DNA of 64,000 nt from Flavobacteriales bacterium. Lineage in GTDB: Bacteria; Bacteroidota; Bacteroidia; CAIKAF01. The notes below the pieces were generated by a model, which worked only from the letters and a program-made list of their open reading frames with translations, made no database searches and was not told where the DNA came from. Positions 48,349 through 59,364 of the stretch are shown here, piece by piece. Position 1 is the first letter of the stretch. The number at the start of each line of letters is the position of its first letter. Made by a program: the position numbers and the translations under genes. The stretch spans positions 1,711 to 65,710 of the forward strand of contig JANWWQ010000007.1 in NCBI GenBank assembly GCA_025055635.1, written 5' to 3'.

Positions 48349-51141
48349 ATGGAGTACGAACCCAAAAAGATAGAACCGCGCTGGCAGGAATACTGGGAAA
48401 AAAATAAGGTGTATCGCAGCGAGGAAGCGACCGGCAGGCCAAAATATTATGTTCTAGACATGTTTCCATATCCTTCCGGTGCTGGCCTTCATGTGGGGCA
48501 CCCCTTAGGATATATTGCCAGCGATATCGTGTCGCGTTACCACCGGCACAAGGGTTTCAATGTTCTGCATCCTATGGGATTTGACGCCTTTGGCCTGCCC
48601 GCGGAGCAGTACGCAATACAAACGGGTCGTCACCCCGCCCAAACCACGCATGAAAACATTACTCGTTTTATCGGACAGCTAAAAAAGCTGGGCATGGATT
48701 ACGATTGGGATCGAATGGTGGTAACCAGCGATCCGCAGTATTACAAGTGGACCCAATGGCTGTTTATTCAATTGTTCCATCATTGGTATGACCGCAAAGC
48801 CCAGCGCGCCCGTCCCATACGGGAATTGGAAGAGATATTCCGCCGGCAGGGCAATTTTGGATACCACGAACAACTGCTTACCGGAAATCTGGAGGGCATT
48901 GAACCTATTTTCTCAGGCCGTGAATGGGAAAACTTTTCCTCCCTCACACGGGCAAGCATCCTAATGAACTACCGCCTGGCTTATCAGTCGTACGCTTACG
49001 TGAACTGGTGCGAGGCACTGGGCACTGTGCTTGCCAACGATGAGGTGAAGGACGGAGTGAGCGAACGGGGGGGACATCCCGTGGAACGCAGGCTAATGCG
49101 TCAATGGTTCCTCCGAATCACCGAATACGCCGATCGTCTGTACGATGACTTGGATGCATTGGATTGGCCCGAAAGCATGAAAGAGATGCAGCGGCACTGG
49201 ATAGGGCGCAGCAGGGGCTTACTGTTGCGCTTTCCCTTAAATAAACAAAAAGAGGAGGCCATTGAAGTGTTCACTACCAGGCCAGACACTGTTTTTGGAG
49301 TGACCTTTCTCACCCTGGCCCCAGAAAACCATCTATGGAAAAAAATAACTCCTCCAGCGTATTATCCTCAAGTTGAAGCCTACTGCACAAAAGCCATCCA
49401 GAAGAGCGAGCGCGAACGGCAGGCTGAGGTGCGACAAGTGAATGGCGTGTTCACCGGCGCTTTTGCCCTTCATCCCTTCACAGGGGAAGCCATACCCGTG
49501 TGGGTGAGCGAGTATGTCCTGGGAGGCTACGGCACCGGTGCCGTCATGGGGGTACCAGCTCACGACAGCCGGGATTTTCGCTTTGCCCGCCACTACGGGC
49601 TCCCCATTAGGCAAGTCGTCATGCCCCCAGACTCTGCGGAAAACCAGGAACTGACCACTGCTTATGAGGAAAAGATGGGCACCCTTATAAATTCTGAGTT
49701 TATCAATGGTCTGGATGTGCTTCAGGCTATTGAGGCCGTTATCAGGGAAGCAGAGCGGCGGGGCGTAGGGCAACAAAAAACCAACTACAGATTGCGGGAT
49801 GCCAATTTCAGCCGCCAACGCTACTGGGGAGAACCCTTTCCGATTTATTATGACCAGGATGGTGTGGCCCATACTCTGCCCGAGGATCAATTACCTCTTT
49901 TATTGCCTCCCTTGGATGACTTTAGACCCACGGGGCGACCCGAAGGGCCTCTGGGTAAACTGAAAGAGTGGGTCCATCCCGCCCCCGGCATCAGACGCGA
50001 AACAGATACAATGCCCGGCTTTGCCGGAAGTAGCTGGTACTTCTTCCGATATATGGACCCCAAAAATCAAAAGGCTTTCGCAGGAAGAGAAGCTCTGGAA
50101 TATTGGCGGCAAGTGGACCTTTATATCGGTGGTACCGAGCATGCCGTGGGCCATCTGCTTTATGCCCGCTTTTTTACAAAATTTCTTTATGATATCGGCC
50201 TTAGCCCCGTCAATGAACCCTTTAAAAAATTACTGAACCAGGGCATGATATTAGGGCGCAGCAACTTTGTGTACAGGTTAAAGGAGTCCAACACATACGT
50301 GTCAAAAAATTTAGCCCCTCAATACGATCACATCCGGCTACATGTGGATGTAAATCTGGTCCACAATGATGTGCTGGACATAGAAGCCTTCAGGAAGGCA
50401 GTTCCGGATGCTGCCACCGCAGAATTTATTTTGGAAGACGGCCAATATATCTGTGGCTGGGAAGTGGAAAAAATGTCCAAATCCAGGCTGAATGTTGTGA
50501 ATCCTGATGATGTAATTGAACAATATAGTGCCGATACATTACGGATGTATGAAATGTTTCTGGGCCCGTTGGAACAATCAAAACCCTGGAGCACAAGTGG
50601 AATTGAAGGAATCTACCGATATCTAAAACGCGTGGCTGCTATAACCGAAAAAGTAGATAGGTCTAAGTCCGCCCCAGATGAAAAAGAAAACATCATCTTG
50701 CACAAAACTATAAAGGCTATTACCAAAGATTTGGAACAATATTCCTTCAATACGTGTGTCAGCCACCTGATGATTGGTCTCAATCAGTTTTACGAGCTGG
50801 AAACCTTGCATCCCGATACCTTGGCTACCTATTGCGTCTTGTTGTCTCCCTTTGCACCGCACCTGGCAGAGGAAATTTGGCATTATCTGGGTAGGGAAGG
50901 CTCAGTGACTCATGCACCTTGGCCAATTTATCGGGAAGAGTGGACACGCGATGCCATCACCCCATACCCGGTAGCCATTAATGGCAAAACCCGATTTTCT
51001 CTGGAATTACCTGCAGATATGTCACCTGAGGAGGTAGAAAGGACGGTACTGGCTCATCCGATGGCTAAACGTTGGTTGCAGGATCGTCAGCCCCGCAAAG
51101 TGATCGTAGTGAAAGGCCGAATTGTCAATATTGTGGTATAG
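48349..51141 (+). CDS. leuS: leucine--tRNA ligase
   Basis: HIGH (HVGHP), a KMSKS-like KMSKS, and the N-terminus MEYEPKKIEPRWQEYWEK are present. 930 aa. Confidence 0.95.
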   Translation: MEYEPKKIEPRWQEYWEKNKVYRSEEATGRPKYYVLDMFPYPSGAGLHVGHPLGYIASDIVSRYHRHKGFNVLHPMGFDAFGLPAEQYAIQTGRHPAQTTHENITRFIGQLKKLGMDYDWDRMVVTSDPQYYKWTQWLFIQLFHHWYDRKAQRARPIRELEEIFRRQGNFGYHEQLLTGNLEGIEPIFSGREWENFSSLTRASILMNYRLAYQSYAYVNWCEALGTVLANDEVKDGVSERGGHPVERRLMRQWFLRITEYADRLYDDLDALDWPESMKEMQRHWIGRSRGLLLRFPLNKQKEEAIEVFTTRPDTVFGVTFLTLAPENHLWKKITPPAYYPQVEAYCTKAIQKSERERQAEVRQVNGVFTGAFALHPFTGEAIPVWVSEYVLGGYGTGAVMGVPAHDSRDFRFARHYGLPIRQVVMPPDSAENQELTTAYEEKMGTLINSEFINGLDVLQAIEAVIREAERRGVGQQKTNYRLRDANFSRQRYWGEPFPIYYDQDGVAHTLPEDQLPLLLPPLDDFRPTGRPEGPLGKLKEWVHPAPGIRRETDTMPGFAGSSWYFFRYMDPKNQKAFAGREALEYWRQVDLYIGGTEHAVGHLLYARFFTKFLYDIGLSPVNEPFKKLLNQGMILGRSNFVYRLKESNTYVSKNLAPQYDHIRLHVDVNLVHNDVLDIEAFRKAVPDAATAEFILEDGQYICGWEVEKMSKSRLNVVNPDDVIEQYSADTLRMYEMFLGPLEQSKPWSTSGIEGIYRYLKRVAAITEKVDRSKSAPDEKENIILHKTIKAITKDLEQYSFNTCVSHLMIGLNQFYELETLHPDTLATYCVLLSPFAPHLAEEIWHYLGREGSVTHAPWPIYREEWTRDAITPYPVAINGKTRFSLELPADMSPEEVERTVLAHPMAKRWLQDRQPRKVIVVKGRIVNIVV

Positions 51142-51300
51142 GCAACTCCAAATTTTTTAAGAAATAATTGCCGAAATATCACACCGTTTAAAGAGGGGGG
51201 GTATTTGGGGCAACCAGCCTGTTACTTTTTCGTCTTTTAAGTTGAAAACTTTTCAAGCCCACTCCGGGACCTGCGCCCGCCCAAAAACAATTTTTGCTGT

Positions 51301-52998
51301 ATGAATCAGCCCTTGCTGGAGTGTGTCCCGAATTTTAGCGAGGGACGGGATACCGCAATAATAAAAGCCATTGAAGAGGCTATACGGTCCGTTGAAGGGG
51401 TGGCTTTGTTGGACGTGGATTCGGGCCGGGATACCAACCGCACTGTGATGACTTTTGTGGGTAGGCCGGAGCAGGTCTGTGAAGCGGCCTTTCGGGCCAT
51501 CGCCCAGGCTGCCGAATTGATTGATATGCGCCGGCACCAAGGAGCCCATCCAAGGATAGGCGCCACAGACGTATGCCCTCTGGTTCCAGTTTCCTCCATT
51601 ACGATGGAAGAGGCAGTGCAGTGGGCTCATTCTTTGGCCCGCCGAGTAGGAGAAGAGTTGGGAATTCCGGTATATTTATACGAATACGCTGCCACGGCTC
51701 CGCATCGTCGCAATTTGGCCGACATCAGGGCTGGCGAATACGAAGGATTGCCGCAAAAAATTCTCAAACCCGAATGGAAACCTGATTATGGCCCTGTGCA
51801 ATTTAATGCCAAAAGTGGTGCCACAGTGATTGGTGCGCGTAACTTCCTGATTGCTTACAACGTCAATCTCAATACCACCTCTTTGCGCAGAGCTAATGCG
51901 GTGGCTTTTGATGTAAGGGAAAAGGGCCGTGTCAAACGTATCGGCGATCCACTCACCGGACAAATAGTATACGATGACAAGGGAAATCCAGTCTATGAGC
52001 CGGGCTTGCTTAAATCGGTGAAAGCGATCGGCTGGTACATTCCAGAATATGGTTGTGCCCAGGTGTCCATGAACCTCACCAATCCAGACGTCTGCGATAT
52101 TCATGAGGCCTACGAAACCGTGAAAATGCAAGCTGAAAAGCGCGGCCTTCGCGTGACCGGCTCTGAGCTGGTGGGCCTTATTCCTAAGTCCAGTCTATTA
52201 AAAGCCGGACGCTTCTATTTAAAGCTCCAAAAGCGCTCCCTAGGAGTACCTGATGAAGAAATAATTCGGATGGCTGTCCGTTCAATGGGATTGGACGCCT
52301 TGCGGCCCTTTGAAATAGAGAAAAAAGTGATTGAATATGCTGTATCCGCCTCCCAAAGAAAAAGTCATCTGGTTCAATCGTCGGTGCGGAAATTTGTTTA
52401 TGAAACCGCTTCCGAATCCCCCGCTCCTGGCGGAGGATCTGTGGCGGCATTGTGTGGCGCCCTGGGAGCTGCCTTAGGCACAATGGTGGCCAATCTTTCG
52501 GCCCATAAACGCGGATGGGACGATCGATGGGAACACTTTAGTCAGTGGGCAGAAAAGGGTCACCTCCTTTTGAACGAGCTGCTAAATCTGGTTGACGAAG
52601 ACACCGAAGCCTTCAATCAACTCAGAAAGGCCTTTCAGATGCCCCAATCCAATGAACAAGAAAAAGCAGCCCGCACCCAAGCCATACAGGAAGCCACCGA
52701 AAAGGCAGCACAAGTACCGCTTCAGGTAATGCGTCTGGCGCAACAGGGCCTTGATGTCTGTGAAGCCATGGCCCGCGAAGGATTGCCTGCGTCGGTGAGT
52801 GATGCGGGTTGCGGAGCCCTTGCATTAGAAGCCGCGACATTGGGGGCTGGTCTAAATGTGCGCATCAATTGCCAGAATTTAGCCGATAAAGAACTAGCCC
52901 AGGCCCTCATTCAGGAAGCCACCTCCCTGGAGCAAAAAGTAAAGCAAAAATCTGCGGAAGTCTTGCAAATTGTGTACTCTAAAATAGGCCTCATTTAA
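51301..52998 (+). CDS. ftcD: bifunctional glutamate formimidoyltransferase / formimidoyltetrahydrofolate cyclodeaminase
   Basis: An N-terminal formiminotransferase domain (LLECVPNFSEGRD) is followed by a C-terminal cyclodeaminase domain of about 200 aa. 565 aa. Confidence 0.8.
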   Translation: MNQPLLECVPNFSEGRDTAIIKAIEEAIRSVEGVALLDVDSGRDTNRTVMTFVGRPEQVCEAAFRAIAQAAELIDMRRHQGAHPRIGATDVCPLVPVSSITMEEAVQWAHSLARRVGEELGIPVYLYEYAATAPHRRNLADIRAGEYEGLPQKILKPEWKPDYGPVQFNAKSGATVIGARNFLIAYNVNLNTTSLRRANAVAFDVREKGRVKRIGDPLTGQIVYDDKGNPVYEPGLLKSVKAIGWYIPEYGCAQVSMNLTNPDVCDIHEAYETVKMQAEKRGLRVTGSELVGLIPKSSLLKAGRFYLKLQKRSLGVPDEEIIRMAVRSMGLDALRPFEIEKKVIEYAVSASQRKSHLVQSSVRKFVYETASESPAPGGGSVAALCGALGAALGTMVANLSAHKRGWDDRWEHFSQWAEKGHLLLNELLNLVDEDTEAFNQLRKAFQMPQSNEQEKAARTQAIQEATEKAAQVPLQVMRLAQQGLDVCEAMAREGLPASVSDAGCGALALEAATLGAGLNVRINCQNLADKELAQALIQEATSLEQKVKQKSAEVLQIVYSKIGLI

Positions 52999-53018
52999 TC
53001 TCTGTTTTTCAGGAAGCC

Positions 53019-55370
53019 ATGACACCGGCCGGGGAAAAGAAGCCTCCTCTATGGAAACAGGTTCTCTTTTTCTTTCCTGTGCAACTGGTGCTTATACATG
53101 TGCGCAGCAGCTTACTTCTAATGTCTTTTTTCATAATCCTGATTCTGGTATTCACAGGCCAGATCATGCGCACGGCAGGCGGTTACCTACTCTTCCTAGA
53201 TCCGGAATATTTGGGACGTGTTTCCGTGACTTCTTATTTTATTGTGGGTTTTGCGGCCGGCGGATTCATTAGTGCGTTCAATATCGCCAGTTACCTCACC
53301 CACAGTCGGAATTTTCCTTTTCTGGCAACCTTAGCGCGACCATTCTCCCGCTATAGTCTGAACAATTTCATCATTCCCAGCCTGTTTCTTGCAATTTACT
53401 TAATTCAGCTCTGGAAGTTTCATCAAAAAAATTACCCGGGTCAACAGTTTGAATTTTTTTTACATAGCGCAGGATTTCTGGGAGGCTTCGCTCTTTTCAC
53501 CCTCGTAACTTTTTCCTATTTCATGGCTTTTGGAAGGGATATGCGGAAAATTTTTGGTATTGACCCTGATGATCCTGCCCTTGACACCGCCGCAAGCACC
53601 AAAAAGAAATGGCGTATTCGCCCTGTGCAAGTGATTTTAAAGCCAGAAAAAGACCCTCTAGAAAAATTATCTCGTCGCCTGCGGCGCGATACATGGGAAA
53701 CATCCACCTACCTGAGTTCGCTTTTTACCATACGCCTGGCTAGACCCACCCACCACTATAATCCTGAGGTGCTTGACCGAGTATTCTCGGAAAGCCACTT
53801 CTATGCCTTTTTATTTGCCCTGATTACGATAGTTTCCATCTTTGTTTTAGGTCTTCTGCGAGAAATAGAAGCCCTCACTTTGCCTGCGGCTGCCATCTTT
53901 TTTCTGTATCTCACTTTGCTCATGCTCGTGGCCGGAGGCCTTAATTACTTTTTCGGTAAATGGTCCGTATTGGCTTTCATCCTGCTCTACGCCGGCTATA
54001 ACTTTCTCACAGCCCGTGGGTTTATCGTCTGGGACAGCGGCCTTTACGGGCTCAATTATTCCCATACCATTCCCTACAACCCAGATTCTCTCGCCAGACT
54101 CAGTTCCCAGGCCGATACCGCCCAGGACCTGCGTCTGCACGAATCCATTCTGAACCGGTGGAAGCGTCGCGTGGCCGGCGGAAGACCACCCGAAAGTTTC
54201 AAACCGCCTATTGTTTTCATTGCTGCCACGGGTGGCGGCAGCAAAGCGGCCACTTGGACTTTTTACAGTATCTCCTGGGCCGATAGTCTCTTGGGAGGCA
54301 AATTGCTTCAGCACACTTACATGATAAGTGCCTCCTCCGGCGGAGCCCTAGGCGCTGCCTACTTGCGCGAATTGTATTACCGACGTAAAAATGGCTTTCT
54401 GCCTAACGCTTCTCTGGACAGCCTCACAAAGTGCATTTCAGCCGATATTCTGAATCCTGTAATCAGTACCATGTTGCTAAGTGACTTTTTTATTCCTACA
54501 GGAAAATTCCGCTATGATAATTATGTATATCAAAAAGACAGGGGCTACGCTTTTGAGAAGAAATTCAACGAGAACACGGGCTATATCCTAGATAAAAAAT
54601 TTTATGATTATGCTCCTGCTGAGTTCAGCGCTTCTATTCCTTTACTAGTGTTGGCACCCACCATCATTAATGACGGCAGACGAATGATCTTTTGCACCCA
54701 GCCTCTGAGCTTCTTGTCCCACAAAAATCTATCTCCTAGTCCCTATGTCCACTCTCCAAAAATGGAGGACCTGGAGTTTGGCCGCTTATTCAATGGCCTC
54801 AGCAACAGCCGCCAGGTATCATTTCTCTCTGTATTGAGGGCTAATGCCACATTCCCCTTCGTAATGCCAGCAGTGGCTTTACCTACTAGGCCGCGTATAG
54901 AACTGATGGACGCCGGCTTTCGTGACAACTATGGTATGCAGACAATAATCAAATATATTTTCCATCTGCGCAGGTGGCTGAATAAAAATGTATCGCGTAT
55001 CATCATTCTGGATGTCACCGACCGTTTACGTCTAGATCAGTACATGATGCGCAATCGTAAAAAATGGAGGGCAGCCCTGCATTCGTTGGTGGCTCCACTG
55101 GGAGGCTTATTTTCCACTATTACCACCACCCAAGTTTATATTAACGAACAAATGCTCAAATTTGTAGCTGCCAGCTTACAGGTTCCGATACATCACGTAC
55201 GATTTGACCTGGCTAACGAAAGCAGGGATGAAATATCAGTGAGTTTCCACCTCACTGCCGCTGAAAAAAGGGAAATCCTCTCGTCCGTGGCCCTGCGTAT
55301 TAACCAGAATACCCTTAAGGCCCTTTCTCGCTGGCTTCAGGTGCGTCAATTGAAAAGCTTTCACCAATAA
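53019..55370 (+). CDS. patatin-like phospholipase with a large N-terminal polytopic membrane domain
   Basis: The oxyanion/Gly-rich ATGGGSKAA, the GxSxG ISASSGGA and the catalytic Asp in DAGFRDNYG are present. The first roughly 350 aa are multi-TM. Confidence 0.75.
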   Translation: MTPAGEKKPPLWKQVLFFFPVQLVLIHVRSSLLLMSFFIILILVFTGQIMRTAGGYLLFLDPEYLGRVSVTSYFIVGFAAGGFISAFNIASYLTHSRNFPFLATLARPFSRYSLNNFIIPSLFLAIYLIQLWKFHQKNYPGQQFEFFLHSAGFLGGFALFTLVTFSYFMAFGRDMRKIFGIDPDDPALDTAASTKKKWRIRPVQVILKPEKDPLEKLSRRLRRDTWETSTYLSSLFTIRLARPTHHYNPEVLDRVFSESHFYAFLFALITIVSIFVLGLLREIEALTLPAAAIFFLYLTLLMLVAGGLNYFFGKWSVLAFILLYAGYNFLTARGFIVWDSGLYGLNYSHTIPYNPDSLARLSSQADTAQDLRLHESILNRWKRRVAGGRPPESFKPPIVFIAATGGGSKAATWTFYSISWADSLLGGKLLQHTYMISASSGGALGAAYLRELYYRRKNGFLPNASLDSLTKCISADILNPVISTMLLSDFFIPTGKFRYDNYVYQKDRGYAFEKKFNENTGYILDKKFYDYAPAEFSASIPLLVLAPTIINDGRRMIFCTQPLSFLSHKNLSPSPYVHSPKMEDLEFGRLFNGLSNSRQVSFLSVLRANATFPFVMPAVALPTRPRIELMDAGFRDNYGMQTIIKYIFHLRRWLNKNVSRIIILDVTDRLRLDQYMMRNRKKWRAALHSLVAPLGGLFSTITTTQVYINEQMLKFVAASLQVPIHHVRFDLANESRDEISVSFHLTAAEKREILSSVALRINQNTLKALSRWLQVRQLKSFHQ

Positions 55371-55427
55371 TTAAAGAGAATTTCTAATGCCACAATCCCT
55401 ATGAAAATATCTGCAGAAACTTCTTTT

Positions 55428-56048
55428 CTAACCTTGCATGGGTGAGTAAGGTATTCGCTGGAGAATGGAGCGGGCCAGGGTTAAATCATCGGTGTATTCC
55501 AGTTCGTTGCCAAAACCAATACCGCGTGCCAGAGTGGAAATGCGCAGAGGAAATTCCTGAAGACGTTTATGGAGGTAAAAGGCGGTGGTGTCGCCTTCCG
55601 GAGTAGGGCTGAATGCTAATATCACCTCCTGAATTCCTTCCTGTTTCACTCTATCCAGCAACTCGCGCACACGAAGCTGTTCAGGACCAATGCCTTCCCC
55701 AGGAGCAATACACCCTCCCAGCACATGGTAAAGGCCTTGGAAGGAGCCTGTATTTTCAATGGCTAAAAGGGCCGGAATATCTTCTACAACGCAGATTATC
55801 TTCTGCTGGGACCGTTTGGCATTTTGACACAATGTGCACAGAGGAGCATCCGCATAATTGCCACATAGTTGGCACGTTTGCACTTCCTCCGGTAACCGGC
55901 CCAGGGCTTCTGCCAGACTCTTTAAATATTCAGGCGGCTGACGCATCAGGTATAACACATATCGGAGGGCCGTCCTCCGGCCCACCCCTGGCCATGAAGA
56001 AAGCAACTCCACCGTACGCTGTAAGGTTTGTGAGGAAAGCTGCGTCAC
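55428..56048 (-). CDS. recR: recombination protein RecR
   Basis: The HhH LPGVGRRTALR, the C4 zinc finger CQLCGN...CTLCQN and a Toprim region are present. 206 aa. Confidence 0.9.
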   Translation of the reverse strand: MTQLSSQTLQRTVELLSSWPGVGRRTALRYVLYLMRQPPEYLKSLAEALGRLPEEVQTCQLCGNYADAPLCTLCQNAKRSQQKIICVVEDIPALLAIENTGSFQGLYHVLGGCIAPGEGIGPEQLRVRELLDRVKQEGIQEVILAFSPTPEGDTTAFYLHKRLQEFPLRISTLARGIGFGNELEYTDDLTLARSILQRIPYSPMQG

Positions 56049-56060
56049 GACACAGTCAAC

Positions 56061-56504
56061 TTAAAAAAGGATTTTCTTGTTTTCTATTAGATAATTTATT
56101 TTCTGAAGAACCTTAAAAAAAATCTGGAATTCATATTCCGGTATGGTGATCTTTAAATAATTATTGAAGTGTTTTACAGTGAGCTTGGCAATTTCACGCT
56201 TTTTTTTGCCTTCGGGAGTCAAATGGATCATAACCAGGCGCTTATCGTTTTTATCAGGTTTACGCACAATTAACCGACGTTTTTCCAGATTCTTCAGCAT
56301 GCGGGTAAGGGAACGCGACTCCATTCCCAGCAAAGGGGCAATCTTTGTGGCAGGGGTACCATTCTGGGGATCAATGTTCAGAAGTACGAAACCGGAGGCC
56401 GCTGTGAGACCATGTTTTTGCGCCACTTCGTTATACATCCGGGAAATCAGATGCCAGGTATACTTTACGTTGAAATCCACGGTTTCTTGCTTTTTCATAA
56501 GCAT
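56061..56504 (-). CDS. MarR family transcriptional regulator
   Basis: 147 aa with a winged-HTH pattern (LTAASGFVLLNI...ATKIAPLLGMESRSLTRMLKNLEKRRLIVR). Confidence 0.8.
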   Translation of the reverse strand: MLMKKQETVDFNVKYTWHLISRMYNEVAQKHGLTAASGFVLLNIDPQNGTPATKIAPLLGMESRSLTRMLKNLEKRRLIVRKPDKNDKRLVMIHLTPEGKKKREIAKLTVKHFNNYLKITIPEYEFQIFFKVLQKINYLIENKKILF

Positions 56505-57419
56505 TCAAAATGAAGGTATAGCCTCAACTGTATAGCCATCCTGGCGCAGAAGAGCAATCAGACCCTGGGGCCCAGCCAAGTGGGCTGCACCTACAGCCAC
56601 GAAAACCGAATTTTTTGTCATCAAACCTTTTAACCGGGGTATCCACCTGCGATTTCTCTCATATAGCAAAGATTCCAATGAATTTCTAAGGGACTTTTTG
56701 GAATTAGAGAATTTCAGCAGCTTTTCTATTTCGCCCTCCCTATAATAACGAATGAACTTGAACAGCTCTCGACGGGCCGTCGCAGGCCTCAAAATGCTTT
56801 TTTTAAGCATTTCAGCCTGCTCAGGTAAGGGAATAGAACGTAGTGCTTTCACCTGTTCTTGTACCTCCTCTAACCCTACTACCTCCATCTCCATTTGACG
56901 GGCCAAACCCAATAAATGTAACTCATAAGATTTCACTTCAGAACCCATAGTATGGCGAAGAATAAAATTTTGTTGCACTACAATAGGCATAAATTTTTCA
57001 AACATTTCCATAGTGAATCCAAATTTTCCAACCCTTTTCTGAAGCTTTTTGTATTGGCCTCTGCGAAAAAGGGAAGAAAGGGTGATACCTGAATCCATTT
57101 GCATCGCCTTAAGAACCTTCATTTGCAAGGTAGGGTCAGAAATATCCATCTCCATTACGAGAGTGCGACACAATCTGAACACGGAATCAGCGGCTCGACT
57201 GAAAAAAAAATCCCGAGCCGGAATCATGTGAATGGTGCCAAACAGGAAAGAAGGCTGGCTAAGCCCCGCTCCTTGCACTTTCCAAAGCAGGCCTGTGTTG
57301 GGTTTTAACTTTTCGGGCAAAGGATTTTTTAAACCCAATTGTGAAAAAATCAATAGCGCGCACAGCCACATAGCGTTGGGTGGAAATGCTTTAAGCGGGA
57401 CAAATGTACTTTGTGACAC
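56505..57419 (-). CDS. TraB/GumN family protein
   Basis: A signal peptide is followed by LLWKVQGAGLSQPSFLFGTIHM, the hallmark N-terminal block of the TraB/GumN family. Confidence 0.75.
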   Translation of the reverse strand: MSQSTFVPLKAFPPNAMWLCALLIFSQLGLKNPLPEKLKPNTGLLWKVQGAGLSQPSFLFGTIHMIPARDFFFSRAADSVFRLCRTLVMEMDISDPTLQMKVLKAMQMDSGITLSSLFRRGQYKKLQKRVGKFGFTMEMFEKFMPIVVQQNFILRHTMGSEVKSYELHLLGLARQMEMEVVGLEEVQEQVKALRSIPLPEQAEMLKKSILRPATARRELFKFIRYYREGEIEKLLKFSNSKKSLRNSLESLLYERNRRWIPRLKGLMTKNSVFVAVGAAHLAGPQGLIALLRQDGYTVEAIPSF

Positions 57420-57589
57420 CGAGACCTACTAGACGCTGTGAAGTACCCGGTCCCACTGGGTTTTTTACCCTATAATTGGGAAACTTCATTCGCTTTATGG
57501 AAAAACTTTAGTGAGCCGGTAAAATGAGAACTTTGTAAACTAATATGTATTTTGAAAATTGTAAATTCACATTATTAATCCAATAATTC

Positions 57590-58201
57590 ATGACTGAAGA
57601 ATACGAAACTTTCATTGAAATAGACAATAAATGGCTCTCTCTGGACCTCTTCAGAATAGGTTTTATATGTGACATTAACCGATGCAAAGGAGCTTGCTGC
57701 GAAGCCGGGGAGCAGGGAGCGCCTCTTTCTGATACGGAAGCACAATGGCTGGAAGAAGAGCTGGAAAAAATACTAAATTTCCTTGAGCCTGATGGCCAAA
57801 AGGCAATTGAATTACAAGGCCCTTGGGTCAGGGATGAGGTAGGTAGGCCCTGCACACCCTTGCGTTCTGATGGTGGTGCCTGCGTTTACGCCATCCGGGG
57901 AAAAGAAAATGTATGGCGCTGTGCTCTGGAAAAAGCCTGGGAAGCTGGCCTGACCAAGTCGCGCAAACCCCTATCCTGCCACCTCTATCCTGCCAGGATA
58001 ACCCAGGAACACCGGGTGGAAGTGATCGGCTACCATTCCTGGCACATTTGCGCCCCGGCCTGTGCATTGGGACAAGCCCTCCGGATACCCTTGTTCCGTT
58101 TTTTGAAAGATGGCTGGGTGAGAGCTTATGGATGGGAATTTTACCAGAAACTTGAAACAGCTTACACCTACTATTTTACCTCCCCCCCAAAAAGAGGATA
58201 A
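57590..58201 (+). CDS. cysteine-rich hypothetical protein (DUF3109-like; probable metal/Fe-S binding)
   Basis: 203 aa with about 11 Cys in CxxxCC, CxC-like and CxxxC arrangements. It sits 3 bp upstream of the PLP enzyme gene. Confidence 0.5.
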   Translation: MTEEYETFIEIDNKWLSLDLFRIGFICDINRCKGACCEAGEQGAPLSDTEAQWLEEELEKILNFLEPDGQKAIELQGPWVRDEVGRPCTPLRSDGGACVYAIRGKENVWRCALEKAWEAGLTKSRKPLSCHLYPARITQEHRVEVIGYHSWHICAPACALGQALRIPLFRFLKDGWVRAYGWEFYQKLETAYTYYFTSPPKRG

Positions 58202-58204
58202 TTC

Positions 58205-59359
58205 ATGAGTGCCGACGTCTACGAGCGAATACTCCTTTCTCTGGGCGAAGAGGAGCCCTCCCAAGGAGCCGTGGTGCCACCGGTTTTCCACTCGGTGAAT
58301 TATGCCGGTCACTCGGTAGAGGCCTTGGCTCGTAAGCTTGCTAATGAGTTTGATGAACCGCTTTATACGCGCGGGAATAACCCTACCGTGGCTTTGTTAA
58401 GAAAAAAAATGGCCGCCCTGGAAGGTGCAGAAGACAGTCTGTTTTTCGCCAGTGGCAGCGCAGCTATGGCTGCCACGGTGCTCAGTTATGTTAAAGCCGG
58501 AGACCACATTTTATGCGTTCAGGAAGCTTATACCTGGACCACTCGCCTAGTAAGGGATTTTTTGCCAAACCTGGGTGTGGAATTTACTTTTTCCCCAGGT
58601 TATCCTACCGAAAACTTTTTGGCTTCTTTGAGGCCTAATACCCGCTTAGTTATATTGGAAACTCCAACCAGCTTATTTTTCAGAGTTCAGGATGTTGAAG
58701 CCATCTGTGGCCGTTGTAAAGAAAGAGAAATACCTGTCGTGGTGGATAATAGTTATTGTACCCCGATGGCTCAAAAACCCTTATTGTGGGGTGCAGACGC
58801 AGTGGTTCATTCGGCCACCAAGTACATAAACGGACATGGTGATGTGGTAGCCGGTGTGGTATGTTCTTCCCAGGAACGCATCCGTCACATATTCTATGGC
58901 CCTTTTATGACACTAGGTGCCACGCTTTCGGCCTCGGATGCTTCTCAAATTCTGCGCGGCATGCGAACCTTGCCATTGCGCTTCCAGCGCTCCTGTCAAA
59001 CGGCCTTGTACATTATGGAAAAAGTGAGGAATCACCCTGCGGTCACTAAAATATGGCATCCTTGGTATGCATCCGACGAGGAAAAGGCTCTGGCCCGCAA
59101 ACAAATGCGGTTGCCAGGAGGTATGTTCACGTTGGAGTTTCGTTGTAAATACAGAGAGAGCTTAGAAAAGGCTTTGTCCCACCTGCGGTTTTTTAAATTG
59201 GCTGTTTCCTGGGGAGGCTACGAAAGCCTCGCACTACCTTTTGCGGCATTCCCTCCTCGTAACCAACTGCCCTGGAATATGGCGAGATTTTACTGTGGCC
59301 TTGATGATCCTGATGATTTACTGCATGATATATTGAATGTTTTGGAAAACATTGAATAA
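58205..59359 (+). CDS. PLP-dependent Cys/Met-metabolism enzyme (cystathionine gamma-synthase / beta-lyase / methionine gamma-lyase family)
   Basis: The PLP-lysine motif SATKYINGHGDVVAG is present, with fold type I length and pattern. 384 aa. Confidence 0.8.
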   Translation: MSADVYERILLSLGEEEPSQGAVVPPVFHSVNYAGHSVEALARKLANEFDEPLYTRGNNPTVALLRKKMAALEGAEDSLFFASGSAAMAATVLSYVKAGDHILCVQEAYTWTTRLVRDFLPNLGVEFTFSPGYPTENFLASLRPNTRLVILETPTSLFFRVQDVEAICGRCKEREIPVVVDNSYCTPMAQKPLLWGADAVVHSATKYINGHGDVVAGVVCSSQERIRHIFYGPFMTLGATLSASDASQILRGMRTLPLRFQRSCQTALYIMEKVRNHPAVTKIWHPWYASDEEKALARKQMRLPGGMFTLEFRCKYRESLEKALSHLRFFKLAVSWGGYESLALPFAAFPPRNQLPWNMARFYCGLDDPDDLLHDILNVLENIE

Positions 59360-59364
59360 AACGC

